Shown here: piece after piece, positions 38,990-47,993 of the stretch
Position numbering within the stretch: position 1 is the stretch's first letter
How the letters are laid out: every line of letters starts with the position of its first letter
Origin: an uncultured Desulfospira sp.
GTDB taxonomy: Bacteria > Desulfobacterota > Desulfobacteria > Desulfobacterales > Desulfobacteraceae
Reading direction: 5' to 3'
NCBI GenBank assembly: GCA_963663165.1
Contig: OY760175.1
Span: 1,344,001-1,408,000, forward strand
DNA length: 64,000 nt
The notes under the pieces: generated by a model
What the model was told of the DNA's origin: nothing
Databases searched by the model: none
Seen by the model: the letters and a program-made list of their open reading frames with translations, nothing else
Position numbers and translations under genes: made by a program

Positions 38990-41005
38990 TTATCTTCGCA
39001 AGGTTCTAACCTTCATATCGTCAGCAAACCCAAACCGGAACAGCATGATCTGTCCCCGGTTTTTATCCCTCAATACCGGGAAAAGCCGGTTATATTCCGT
39101 TTCAACCTCTTCAAGGACCTTTTGATGTCTTTTGAGGAACCCGCTTTTTCCTTCCAGTATCCAGCGCAGATAAAACAGGGTGATGGCCGTCATGGGCTGG
39201 AAGGCCATGTCCAGCGAGGTGATCGTAAGCCAGAGTCGTGAAAGGGCCCTTCCACCGGCCAGAAAATCTTTTTGATCAACCCCGTTAACCGTTAACAGGG
39301 CAGCACCCGAACTTCTGACAATCCCCTGGTATGAATGCAAGGCCACCATTCTGCCAAGCCCCAATGTGTTGGCCACATTCATTACAGCCCAGGGCCGGGT
39401 CATCTTCAGGAAGACCTCCCCTGCCGGGCCGGCTTCAAGGTTCTTTAAAGGAAAACCGTCCCGGGTTTTAAGGGCTTCCTGATCCGTAAACCGGATCATT
39501 TTCATCAAATGCTCATGCAACGGCCGGTATTCGGTCCTGATCCGGTCAATTCGATAGATGATTTTGGCAAGGGCCTTGAGCCTGTCCTTTTGGGTGATAA
39601 AATCAAGCCTGGCCCCGGGAATCTCCTTGATACTTGATTCAACGGACTGGCGCACCGAATCGTCAATGGCTTTTTTCTTATAAAATTTCCGGTTGGTGTG
39701 GCGCTGCCAGATAAAATCAGAAAGCAAATCCTTTTTAGCCTGATCCGGTATCAACCGGACAGATGCCAGCAGGTCATTGTCCGTTTTGCCGGTTTCGTCA
39801 TCAACCCGGGCCGTTATGCCAAAGGAAGACGCGGCAATCTTAATGTTTTCCAGCCCGGCCCCGCAGGCAATTATTGAAGCGATCTGCCGGAAATTAAAAA
39901 AGGACCGGTCGCAATCCTGATCAAGATACAGGTCAATCCGGTTTTTATCCTTGGTAAATTTCGAGGGCTGGCAGTTATCCCCTGAAGGTGCCTGAACCCC
40001 GGCCCGGATCAGATATTCCAGCACAGGGTCTGAAATGTCTTCATCCTTCTCCGGTGCCGGAGAAGGCCGTTCCGGGGCGTCTTCCCGTAAGCCGGGTTTG
40101 TTTCTCTGGAGCAGGAATTTAACCACCTTCATTTTTATTTTCTGTACCGGGTTTTTATTTCCCATGAACAGGTAACCCTTCTTCAGGACCTGAAGATAAG
40201 GGTCATACTGGAAATAATGGGGAGCCGGCTTCACTTTGCCTTTGCCCAACATTACCTTCAAGGCTTCTGCCGCCGCCATTCCGGAACATATCTGGCATGA
40301 AGCGTTTAAAGAAGGCCCTGCCTTTGAATCCAGGCTTACTTTTTTAAGATCCATGTATTTGACATGGGTGGCCTTTGGGGAAAGCCCTAAGGCAAAGGAA
40401 AGGTATTTTTCCTGATCCGGCATTTCGGGGCGGATATTAAAATATTCGTCAAACCCCATCCCGCCGGGAGAAAAAATCAGCATGGCCCCGCTGAAACCCA
40501 TGGGGCCGGCGGTGATCACATGAAGCCCTTTTTCCACGGCCCGTTTAAACAGCAGCCGCCTGATTTCAAAACAGAAGAAATCCAGCCCGTCAATCACCAC
40601 ATCCACCCCGTCAAGAAACTCATCAAGGTTAGATTCACTGATGCCCTGTTTGAACATGGTGATGTTGATATAGGGGTTGATGGAAAGGGCCTGCTCCGCC
40701 ATCACTTCAATTTTGGGCCTTCCAAAGTCCGGTACCCTGGCCCCGAACTGGCGGTTGATATTGGCCGGCTCGTAGGTGTCAAAATCAGCGATATGGAAGT
40801 TGCCCACACCGGACCGGACCATGGTGATCAGATGGACCCCGCCAACCCCTCCCATGCCGGGGATGGCCACCTTTGACCTTGCAAGCTTTTCCTGCTCCTG
40901 TTTGGTCAGAAGCCCGATATTCCGGGAAAAGGCCTCGGCAAAATAGCCTTCTTTGGTGGTGATGCCAAAGGATTCAATCTTTTTATACAGAGAATCAAGC
41001 TCCAT
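38990..41005 (-). CDS. ThiF-family adenylyltransferase fused to a nitroreductase-like domain (OxzB-like)
   Basis: FSRNIG, GMGGVG, DFDTYEPANINRQ; second domain QAPSGDNCQP, QRHTNR. Confidence 0.88.
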   Translation of the reverse strand: MELDSLYKKIESFGITTKEGYFAEAFSRNIGLLTKQEQEKLARSKVAIPGMGGVGGVHLITMVRSGVGNFHIADFDTYEPANINRQFGARVPDFGRPKIEVMAEQALSINPYINITMFKQGISESNLDEFLDGVDVVIDGLDFFCFEIRRLLFKRAVEKGLHVITAGPMGFSGAMLIFSPGGMGFDEYFNIRPEMPDQEKYLSFALGLSPKATHVKYMDLKKVSLDSKAGPSLNASCQICSGMAAAEALKVMLGKGKVKPAPHYFQYDPYLQVLKKGYLFMGNKNPVQKIKMKVVKFLLQRNKPGLREDAPERPSPAPEKDEDISDPVLEYLIRAGVQAPSGDNCQPSKFTKDKNRIDLYLDQDCDRSFFNFRQIASIIACGAGLENIKIAASSFGITARVDDETGKTDNDLLASVRLIPDQAKKDLLSDFIWQRHTNRKFYKKKAIDDSVRQSVESSIKEIPGARLDFITQKDRLKALAKIIYRIDRIRTEYRPLHEHLMKMIRFTDQEALKTRDGFPLKNLEAGPAGEVFLKMTRPWAVMNVANTLGLGRMVALHSYQGIVRSSGAALLTVNGVDQKDFLAGGRALSRLWLTITSLDMAFQPMTAITLFYLRWILEGKSGFLKRHQKVLEEVETEYNRLFPVLRDKNRGQIMLFRFGFADDMKVRTLRR

Positions 41006-41090
41006 GGAATTTCTCCTTTATTTCCTGTTGGAAAATATTATTGTCTGCCACAAAAACAATTGTGCATCTTTATATTACCGCCATACCCAA

Positions 41091-41131
41091 AAGCTAATAG
41101 CTAATAGCTAAAGGCTAATAGCTAAAAAGCT
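41091..41131. repeat. Tandem heptamer repeat (GCTAATA-type)
   Basis: aagctaatagctaatagctaaaggctaatagctaaaaagc. Confidence 0.8.
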
Positions 41132-41135
41132 GATC

Positions 41136-43406
41136 TCATACAAACCGCCCCCCTCTTTTGTCCCAGAAAAGCGCGACAGAAGGAAGCAGGAAGATGTCCC
41201 CGGCAACCGCGGTGATCATGATCACGGCACTTAACGACCCGAAATTAATGGTGGGGACAAATCTTGAAAACACCATCACCCCGAACCCGATACACAGGAT
41301 CAGGGACGAGAGCAGAATGGCTTTGCCCTTGCTCTTTATGGTTTTGGTTACGGCGTCTTGAGTGCTTTGCTTTTGGGAAAGATTAAGCTTAAACTCGGAA
41401 AGAAAATGAATGGTATCGTCAACCGCAATGCCGATGGCAACAGCGGATATCAAGGCCGTGGCCGTATTCAAAGGGATATTGAACAGCCCCATTATGCCGA
41501 AATTAAGAACAATGGGAAACAGGTTGGGAACAATGCTGATGCACCCTAAAGGAAAGGACCGCAAAACAAAGAACATGATGACAATGATGATTGCCGCCGC
41601 AGTTGAAAGGCTGTACACCTGCCCCTTTACCAGAGAATCTATGGTGTTAACATCCTGCAGCGCCCGCCCGGTTATCCTGATTTTCAAATCGTGTTTGGGC
41701 AGGGTTTTGAAAAAATTATTCAGTTGGGAAATTATTTTTTCCTGCTCGCTGGTGGAATGACGGGACATGCGAATGGATATCCGGGCATGGTCAAAGGTCT
41801 CATTGATAAAATCCTTGATATCATCTGCATCATAGAGCAGCAGGTATTGAGACACCAGCTGTTTTGAATCGGGTATGGTCAAAAATGACGGCTGTTCATT
41901 GTTAAAGGACTGGTTCATGTCCTTTATGAAATTCACAAAAGACATGCTCTTGTCAACACCGTCCACCTGTTCCAGAAAGGTTTGAATTTTTTCTATGATT
42001 TTTAAATTTTCAGGGTCTTTGAATTCATCCTGGGCCAAAGCGGTTAAAGAGATATCCAGGGTGCTGATACCGGCCAGATGGGTCTCCACAAAATCGGAGC
42101 TGACCCGTACCGGGCTTTTCTTTTTAAAATACCCCAGCAGATTGGTTTCGACCTTGATAGAGGATGCCAGTAAAATTGAAACCAGAGTCAGGACGACCCC
42201 TGCAGTTAGAATCAGGCGAAACCGGTTTAAAACAAAAGAAGCGGTTTTTTCAAGGGTGGCATGAATTTTAATGGTGGTTGTTTTTTCCTGAAAAATCCGG
42301 TCTGTGTTAAACAGCATCAGAACCGGCGGCATAAAGACAAAGGAAAAAAAGAATTCAAAGATCATTCCACAGGAGGCAATGACCGCGAAGTCCTTGATCG
42401 GGGGAATATCGCTCAGATACAAAGAAATAAATCCGATGGCCGTGGTCAGGGTGGTTAAAAAACAAGGTTTGATCACGTTTGTCAAAACATGGCCAAGGGC
42501 CGCACCTTTATTCTCATACCGGTCCAGCAGATCCCGGTCCAGATGGGAGAAAATATGAACCGTATCACAGAGGGCCAGGGCCATGACAACCGGCGGGACA
42601 ATGGTGGTCACGTTGTTCAGGGTGATGCCCAGAATGGGAAAAAGCCCCATGGTTGAGCCCATGCAGATGGATATATTGAGAACCGCGATCAGTGTCAGCC
42701 AGACATTTCTAAAGAAAAAGAAAACCGCCAGGGTGATAAACACATAGGTTATCGGAATAAAGGTGGCGATATCCTGTTTCATGTACCGGCTCAAATAATA
42801 ATTGGTGGTGGTCCATCCGGCTTTGAACACTTCTCCGGTCTGGTTCCGGTACTTTGAAAGAACCGCATCACACTTTTCAAGCAGTCTTTTTCTATAGCCG
42901 GGGTCATCGGGTTTTTCATACACCGAAACCACCACGGCGGCGGTTTTGCCGTCCGGTGAAATAAAATTCCTGGCATAAAGGGGGTTGGATAGAGCGCTTT
43001 GTTTTAAACGGTTAAGGTCTTTTTCCCGGTCCGGAATATGTTCAAGAAACTTTTGAACCATAAAAAAATCTTCTTCACCGATGGTATCGTTGGTATTGGC
43101 CAGGCTTTTGACCTCACGGATTTCTTCGATTTCTTCAAGATCCCCGGTGATCTGCTGCAACACCTCAAGGTTTTCTCTGGTAAAGATGTTTTCTTTTTTA
43201 AAGGCGATGATAAAGAACTCATCGTTGCCGAAAATTTCTTTGAATCCATCATAAAACAGGACATCCGGATCATTTTCAAGAGTGAAATAATCTACATTGT
43301 CCACGGTTTTCACTTTGGGCAGCTGGCTGAGAAACGGAAGGGATGCCAGGATGCTAAGGATCAGAAAAACCCATTTGTGCGTTATAATTGTATTCATGTG
43401 TACCAC
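41136..43406 (-). CDS. MMPL/RND-family transporter
   Basis: Two halves with multiple TMs; LTTAIGF, GIAVDDTIHF. Confidence 0.9.
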   Translation of the reverse strand: MVHMNTIITHKWVFLILSILASLPFLSQLPKVKTVDNVDYFTLENDPDVLFYDGFKEIFGNDEFFIIAFKKENIFTRENLEVLQQITGDLEEIEEIREVKSLANTNDTIGEEDFFMVQKFLEHIPDREKDLNRLKQSALSNPLYARNFISPDGKTAAVVVSVYEKPDDPGYRKRLLEKCDAVLSKYRNQTGEVFKAGWTTTNYYLSRYMKQDIATFIPITYVFITLAVFFFFRNVWLTLIAVLNISICMGSTMGLFPILGITLNNVTTIVPPVVMALALCDTVHIFSHLDRDLLDRYENKGAALGHVLTNVIKPCFLTTLTTAIGFISLYLSDIPPIKDFAVIASCGMIFEFFFSFVFMPPVLMLFNTDRIFQEKTTTIKIHATLEKTASFVLNRFRLILTAGVVLTLVSILLASSIKVETNLLGYFKKKSPVRVSSDFVETHLAGISTLDISLTALAQDEFKDPENLKIIEKIQTFLEQVDGVDKSMSFVNFIKDMNQSFNNEQPSFLTIPDSKQLVSQYLLLYDADDIKDFINETFDHARISIRMSRHSTSEQEKIISQLNNFFKTLPKHDLKIRITGRALQDVNTIDSLVKGQVYSLSTAAAIIIVIMFFVLRSFPLGCISIVPNLFPIVLNFGIMGLFNIPLNTATALISAVAIGIAVDDTIHFLSEFKLNLSQKQSTQDAVTKTIKSKGKAILLSSLILCIGFGVMVFSRFVPTINFGSLSAVIMITAVAGDIFLLPSVALFWDKRGGRFV

Positions 43407-43415
43407 TCAAGTTAT

Positions 43416-43610
43416 TTTATATGAAAGTCTGACTAACTACCCGTAAAGACTTTCAATATTTGTTGTGGGCGGATCTTGGTTGGATAACCAAATCAGCCCG
43501 TGGCTGTTATATGAAAGTCTCAGTAACGTCCTTAGAAGACTTTCAATATTTGTTGTGGACGGTTCTTGGTTGGATAACCCAAGCCGTCCGGTTTCTGCCC
43601 TTCAGGGTAT
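43416..43610. mobile_element. Tandem pair of the 90/91-bp two-hairpin element
   Basis: Two TTATATGAAAGTCT...AGACTTTCAATATTTGTTGTGG...TTGGTTGGATAACC units, 90 bp apart; the second has a 19-bp extra hairpin. Confidence 0.85.
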
Positions 43611-43991
43611 GACGGTTAAAGGAAAATTTGTTTAATGGCGCCACCACGAAAAAAGAGGGTTGTTAATTGACAACTTATGTTTTTCCCGAATTTCTGTTGG
43701 GCGGTTGATTGATATTATCGCCGGCCTTGGATGCCGCCCCGTTTAGGTTTAGAAAGACCTTGTTTTCATAATTTAAGGTGCTGATTTATGTAAAATACCA
43801 CCAAACATTCTTAAAAACAAGCCTGAAAATTGCCCTGCACCTGAAACCATATTGCTTGACTGTGGCAGCCACACCTACTATAGTTACCTTTAACTTTGTA
43901 TTTAAATTACGATAGGTTGTTTTTCAAATCAGGCAGATTGTATTCTAAAGTTCTTTAACGGGTAAAATCGACCATATGAAAGGGACTATAA

Positions 43992-44747
43992 ATGATTAAA
44001 AATGAAATTCAATACGATAGATTTCGATTTGGTATGGTTGACGATGAAGACGTGAAAAAAGATACCTTTAGAATGCGGTATGAAGTCTATGTGGATGAAT
44101 TTGGATTTGAAAAAAAGGAAGATCATCCCGATGGGTTAGAGACCGACGACTATGAAGATGAATCCATTCACTTTGCCTGTCTTAATGAAAACAATTCTGT
44201 TGTCGGCACTATCCGCCTGGTTCTTGGATCGGATAAGGGCTTTCCCATAGAACGCGCGGCAAATACAACCTTTATCGGCGAAAAGCCGCATTATTCCAAA
44301 ATAGGGGAAATATCACGGCTGACCGTTACCAAAGACTTAAGGCGGCGGCGTGAAGACGGTATGTTCGGTGTGGAAAGTTACATTAAAGAAAAAGAGGGCG
44401 GCATTCTGCCCGACGACGGAACCATCCCCAAAGAAATGCAGGGCAGAAAAAACCCCGTTATCGTACTGGGCCTCTACCAGGTGATGTTCCATGAAAGCCT
44501 GAGAAGAGGGCTTACTCACTGGTATATGATCACAGAGGAAAAATTATACTACGCATTAAAAAAATTTGGATTTTTGTTTCACCAGATTGGCGACCCGGTT
44601 CAGTATCACGGACAAAGAATACCCTATCTTGCTGATATTCAAGAACTTATGATCAATCTTAGACAGGTGGATGCCGGAATGCTTGATCTGATGATGGCGG
44701 GTGTTGAAGAAAAATACTACCCCGCTTTTTTCAGGAAAGCCGAGTAA
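43992..44747 (+). CDS. PEP-CTERM/exosortase-associated acyltransferase (N-acyl amino acid synthase-like, GNAT)
   Basis: RMRYEVY..EFGFE, GLETDDYE, VGTIRLV, GEISRL, IGDPVQYHGQRIPY. Confidence 0.85.
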   Translation: MIKNEIQYDRFRFGMVDDEDVKKDTFRMRYEVYVDEFGFEKKEDHPDGLETDDYEDESIHFACLNENNSVVGTIRLVLGSDKGFPIERAANTTFIGEKPHYSKIGEISRLTVTKDLRRRREDGMFGVESYIKEKEGGILPDDGTIPKEMQGRKNPVIVLGLYQVMFHESLRRGLTHWYMITEEKLYYALKKFGFLFHQIGDPVQYHGQRIPYLADIQELMINLRQVDAGMLDLMMAGVEEKYYPAFFRKAE

Positions 44748-45571
44748 TCCGTCAGGGCAAGCATGAAATCCGTTTTACGGTCCTGATCCACACCGGTAAA
44801 ATCAATGGCGCGGGACCGGCCCCAGAAAAAGAAATAATGCAGGTTTTTTTCAACGGGGAATTTGGAATAGACTTTTTTATATTCTTGTTCGGCGGTCCTG
44901 AGGTTGAGCCGCATGGCAACGGCCGGGTTGTTTTTCACATAGGCATATGCATTAACCTGCGCCATGGGTTCAAATAAAAGAATATCCCGGTATACCCAGA
45001 CATGTTTGGGGTGAACCGTGATGACCAGGTCATCCATATCAAGGTAATTGGCCGCATACTCATGGACAACCCGGTTCCCGAGCATGGGAATGTTCATGTT
45101 CTGCATCCGAAAACCGGGGTTTGACGCCAGGCAGCCGACTTCTACAATTTTTCTTCCCTGTTTCCTTAAACCATCAAGTTCACTGTTAAACACCGCATCC
45201 ATGGGCAGGCCGTCGTCGCTGTCCGGGAACAAACTGACAGTATACACCGGAATCTGTTTTGAATCCGGTTCTTCATAAAAGCCTATGAACACTTTTGATG
45301 AGGGATTGGAATGGTGAGGAATGATGCGCATTGCCGTACTGGACGGATCACTTAACCCGGCCTGGACATAAACATCGTGGAGCAGCCTGAAACAGGTGGT
45401 ATAATCATCGGGGCTTAACGCCGGCCTGAATAAAACACTTTCAAGGTTAAGACGTATCCCGGGTATCTGAGACCGGATCAGCTTTTGGCGCAAAGACTCA
45501 GGAAGGCGTTTAATCACTTTTTTCTTGTATTTTCTGGATAAATTACGAACAGGTATTTTGGGAATATGCAT
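44717..45571 (-). CDS. FeeM-like N-acyl amino acid synthase
   Basis: RLLHDVY, DGLPMD, VEVGCLA, ITVHPKH..VY..ILLF, NPAVAMRL. Confidence 0.8.
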   Translation of the reverse strand: MHIPKIPVRNLSRKYKKKVIKRLPESLRQKLIRSQIPGIRLNLESVLFRPALSPDDYTTCFRLLHDVYVQAGLSDPSSTAMRIIPHHSNPSSKVFIGFYEEPDSKQIPVYTVSLFPDSDDGLPMDAVFNSELDGLRKQGRKIVEVGCLASNPGFRMQNMNIPMLGNRVVHEYAANYLDMDDLVITVHPKHVWVYRDILLFEPMAQVNAYAYVKNNPAVAMRLNLRTAEQEYKKVYSKFPVEKNLHYFFFWGRSRAIDFTGVDQDRKTDFMLALTDYSAFLKKAG

Positions 45572-45722
45572 TATGATTTTCGGCCATATAAACGAACACT
45601 ATTTGAAATTTCACCGTCCACGAATTCCGATTAACATTCCGCACTGCTTATCAAAAGGAAATTTTGCCACCACCTTGGGTGCAATAGTACATCAAAGTGA
45701 AGATATCAAGTAAAAAATTGGT

Positions 45723-45820
45723 TAGGGACTTGGGGTATGGGATTTGGGTCTTGGGGTGTCTTTTAGAGAATTTCCGGTTGTCTAACGTCTCAAGTCTAAT
45801 GTCTAAATATCTCAGGTCTC
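45723..45820. repeat. Degenerate heptamer-repeat element
   Basis: tagggact tggggta tgggatt tgggtct ... gtctaac gtctcaa gtctaat gtctaaa. Confidence 0.65.
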
Positions 45821-47782
45821 TTAAATTCCTCCTTTTGAGCGGATTATTTTTTTCAGATCCGGCAGGCGCTCAAGGCATTCCTCCATGCCGCAACGCATTA
45901 AAGAAAGCCCCTTGTGAAAATCATCCCAGGCATACCCGGTCACATCGGGATAAAGGACCATGTCCGCTTTTTTGGCAAAATCCCCCGTGGCCCGTCCATG
46001 AACAATACTGATGGTCCGGGAAACAATGTTCTTAATTCCCGGGGCCTTTGAGGCGGCGCACCCTGCCCTGGCGGTCCGGGGTTCAATGCAGACGGCCATA
46101 ACCATGTCGGCACCTTTTCTTAACAGGACATCCACGGGAACAGGGTTTAAAAGGCCGCCGTCCACTATCCACCGGCCCTGGTGGCGGTAGGGGGAAAAAA
46201 CTGCCGGAATGGCAATACTGGCCCTGACCGCATCCGTAACCTTACCGGTTTCAAGAACCACCTCTTCCCCGTTCACAATGTCCACCCCAATGATATACGC
46301 CGGTATCATCAGGTCCATAAAATCGGCATTGTTAATGGCGCTTCGGACCAGGCTGGCGGCCTTGGCCCCTTTTAAAAGCCCCTGCCTGGGAAAAGTATAA
46401 TCAAATATTTTTTTTCGGGCCTGAAATTTGGTCGGGAAAAGGTCAACCGTGCTTTTTTGAAGTTTATCCACAGAGGCGGTGGCCGCGTAAATTCCCCCGA
46501 CCAGAGCCCCCATGCTGGCCCCTGAAATCATATCAATATGAATGCCGGCCTCTTCCAGCACCTTGAGAACCCCGATATGGGCCCACCCCCTGGCCGCACC
46601 GGCCCCAAGAGCGATGCCAAGGCGGATTCCGGCAATTTCCCTGGCCACGGCCCGGGCCCCTTTGACCGGAAAACACTTGGTGGTATCAATCCGGTCATTA
46701 AAGGCATCCTCGGACCGGTCCACCCAAATGTTGGGGGTTTCCGGCAGGTTCAGCAGCTGCCTTAACTCCTGGCGGGCAATTCCTGTGTGGCCTTTAAGGT
46801 GGCTGACCCCCATCCTGATCCGGCCTAAAAAGGCACTGGGCCCGCAGATCTCCTCCAGTTCATTTAACCGCTGCTGCACATGGCCAAGCTTTTCTCTGGT
46901 GTTGTTCATGAGCAGCATTGTCCGGTCGCAAAGCCGGACAAAAAGCTTTTCCATGGCCGTTAAGTAATGGGACAGGTTAAAAAAAACAATATCATAGTTG
47001 TGGCGCAGGCCTTCCATGAGGGCGGGCATCACCTCGGGCAGCCGGTTTGAAAACCCCGTGGTCAGCTGAAGTACGGCAAATCCGGATTCATGATAAAACC
47101 ATGTGATGTCTGACGGATCGTAACTGTTTTCCGGCAGCAGCCTGAAAAGACCGGGATCCGGGCAGGCCATACCGGACATCCCATATTTTTTCATGATGCC
47201 TTCAGGCTCAAGGTGGGGTTCAATCACCAGAACCTTTTTGGAAGATTCATCAGCGATATGAAAGGAGACCGTATAAAGAAAATGGGATACCCCAAGGCCC
47301 GGGCCTGTTGCTGAAACCGCATAAAAAACAGGGGTATTCTGTTTCCTTAAACGGTCCTTTTCCCCGGTGGACATCTGCTTGGCGTAATACCGGCTCAAGT
47401 AAAGCCCGATACTTTTATTGTCTTTGATCAGTATCTCGAAATTCGGACGGGTCAGGCAGAATAAGGTGCAGTCCAGGGAAACGGTTACCGTAGAGTTTCT
47501 CGGCTCACCAGAGAGAAGCGACAGCTCGCCGAAAAAATCCCCCCGTTTTAATTGGGCCAGATATATTTTCTGGCCATTGATTTCCCGGGCAACCGAAATC
47601 ATGCCGGACCGGATAATATACATGGAATCCCCGGGATCACCCTGGCGGCAGATGATGTCGCCTTTTTGAAAGGCCTGCTTTGTAAACAGGCTGGCAACGC
47701 CAGCCACCTGCTCACCGGGGACAGAAGAAAACAAGGGGACATTCTGCAAAAATTCAATCAGATCCTGAAGGGTCTTTTTCAT
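45821..47782 (-). CDS. cNMP-binding patatin-like phospholipase (NTE family)
   Basis: N-terminal cNMP domain (GDFFGELSLL..EPR); GAGAARG, GASMG, DGG. Confidence 0.9.
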   Translation of the reverse strand: MKKTLQDLIEFLQNVPLFSSVPGEQVAGVASLFTKQAFQKGDIICRQGDPGDSMYIIRSGMISVAREINGQKIYLAQLKRGDFFGELSLLSGEPRNSTVTVSLDCTLFCLTRPNFEILIKDNKSIGLYLSRYYAKQMSTGEKDRLRKQNTPVFYAVSATGPGLGVSHFLYTVSFHIADESSKKVLVIEPHLEPEGIMKKYGMSGMACPDPGLFRLLPENSYDPSDITWFYHESGFAVLQLTTGFSNRLPEVMPALMEGLRHNYDIVFFNLSHYLTAMEKLFVRLCDRTMLLMNNTREKLGHVQQRLNELEEICGPSAFLGRIRMGVSHLKGHTGIARQELRQLLNLPETPNIWVDRSEDAFNDRIDTTKCFPVKGARAVAREIAGIRLGIALGAGAARGWAHIGVLKVLEEAGIHIDMISGASMGALVGGIYAATASVDKLQKSTVDLFPTKFQARKKIFDYTFPRQGLLKGAKAASLVRSAINNADFMDLMIPAYIIGVDIVNGEEVVLETGKVTDAVRASIAIPAVFSPYRHQGRWIVDGGLLNPVPVDVLLRKGADMVMAVCIEPRTARAGCAASKAPGIKNIVSRTISIVHGRATGDFAKKADMVLYPDVTGYAWDDFHKGLSLMRCGMEECLERLPDLKKIIRSKGGI

Positions 47783-47872
47783 ATCAAAATCTCACAGGGT
47801 AACCGAATGCAACTTGCCTGCAATGTAAACTTACCAAATACAATTTCAGTGCTTCGCACTGAAATATTCTAT

Positions 47873-47951
47873 TCTCACGCAAAGGCGAAAAGGCGCAAAG
47901 ATTAGTTCCCTATAGCAGTGTTTTTCTTTGCGCCTTTGCGCCTTTGCGTGA
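47873..47951. repeat. Octamer-repeat hairpin of the H family (different loop)
   Basis: tctcacgcaaaggcgaaaaggcgcaaag...ctttgcgcctttgcgcctttgcgtga. Confidence 0.8.
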
Positions 47952-47993
47952 ATTTTTATGGCATCCGGCAGGACTGTAAATTTTCAAGAAATC

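Noticed and set aside
43416..43610. Possible mini-CRISPR or riboswitch tandem
   Set aside because: The whole 90-bp unit repeats, and a third copy is inserted inside hicA, which indicates a mobile element.
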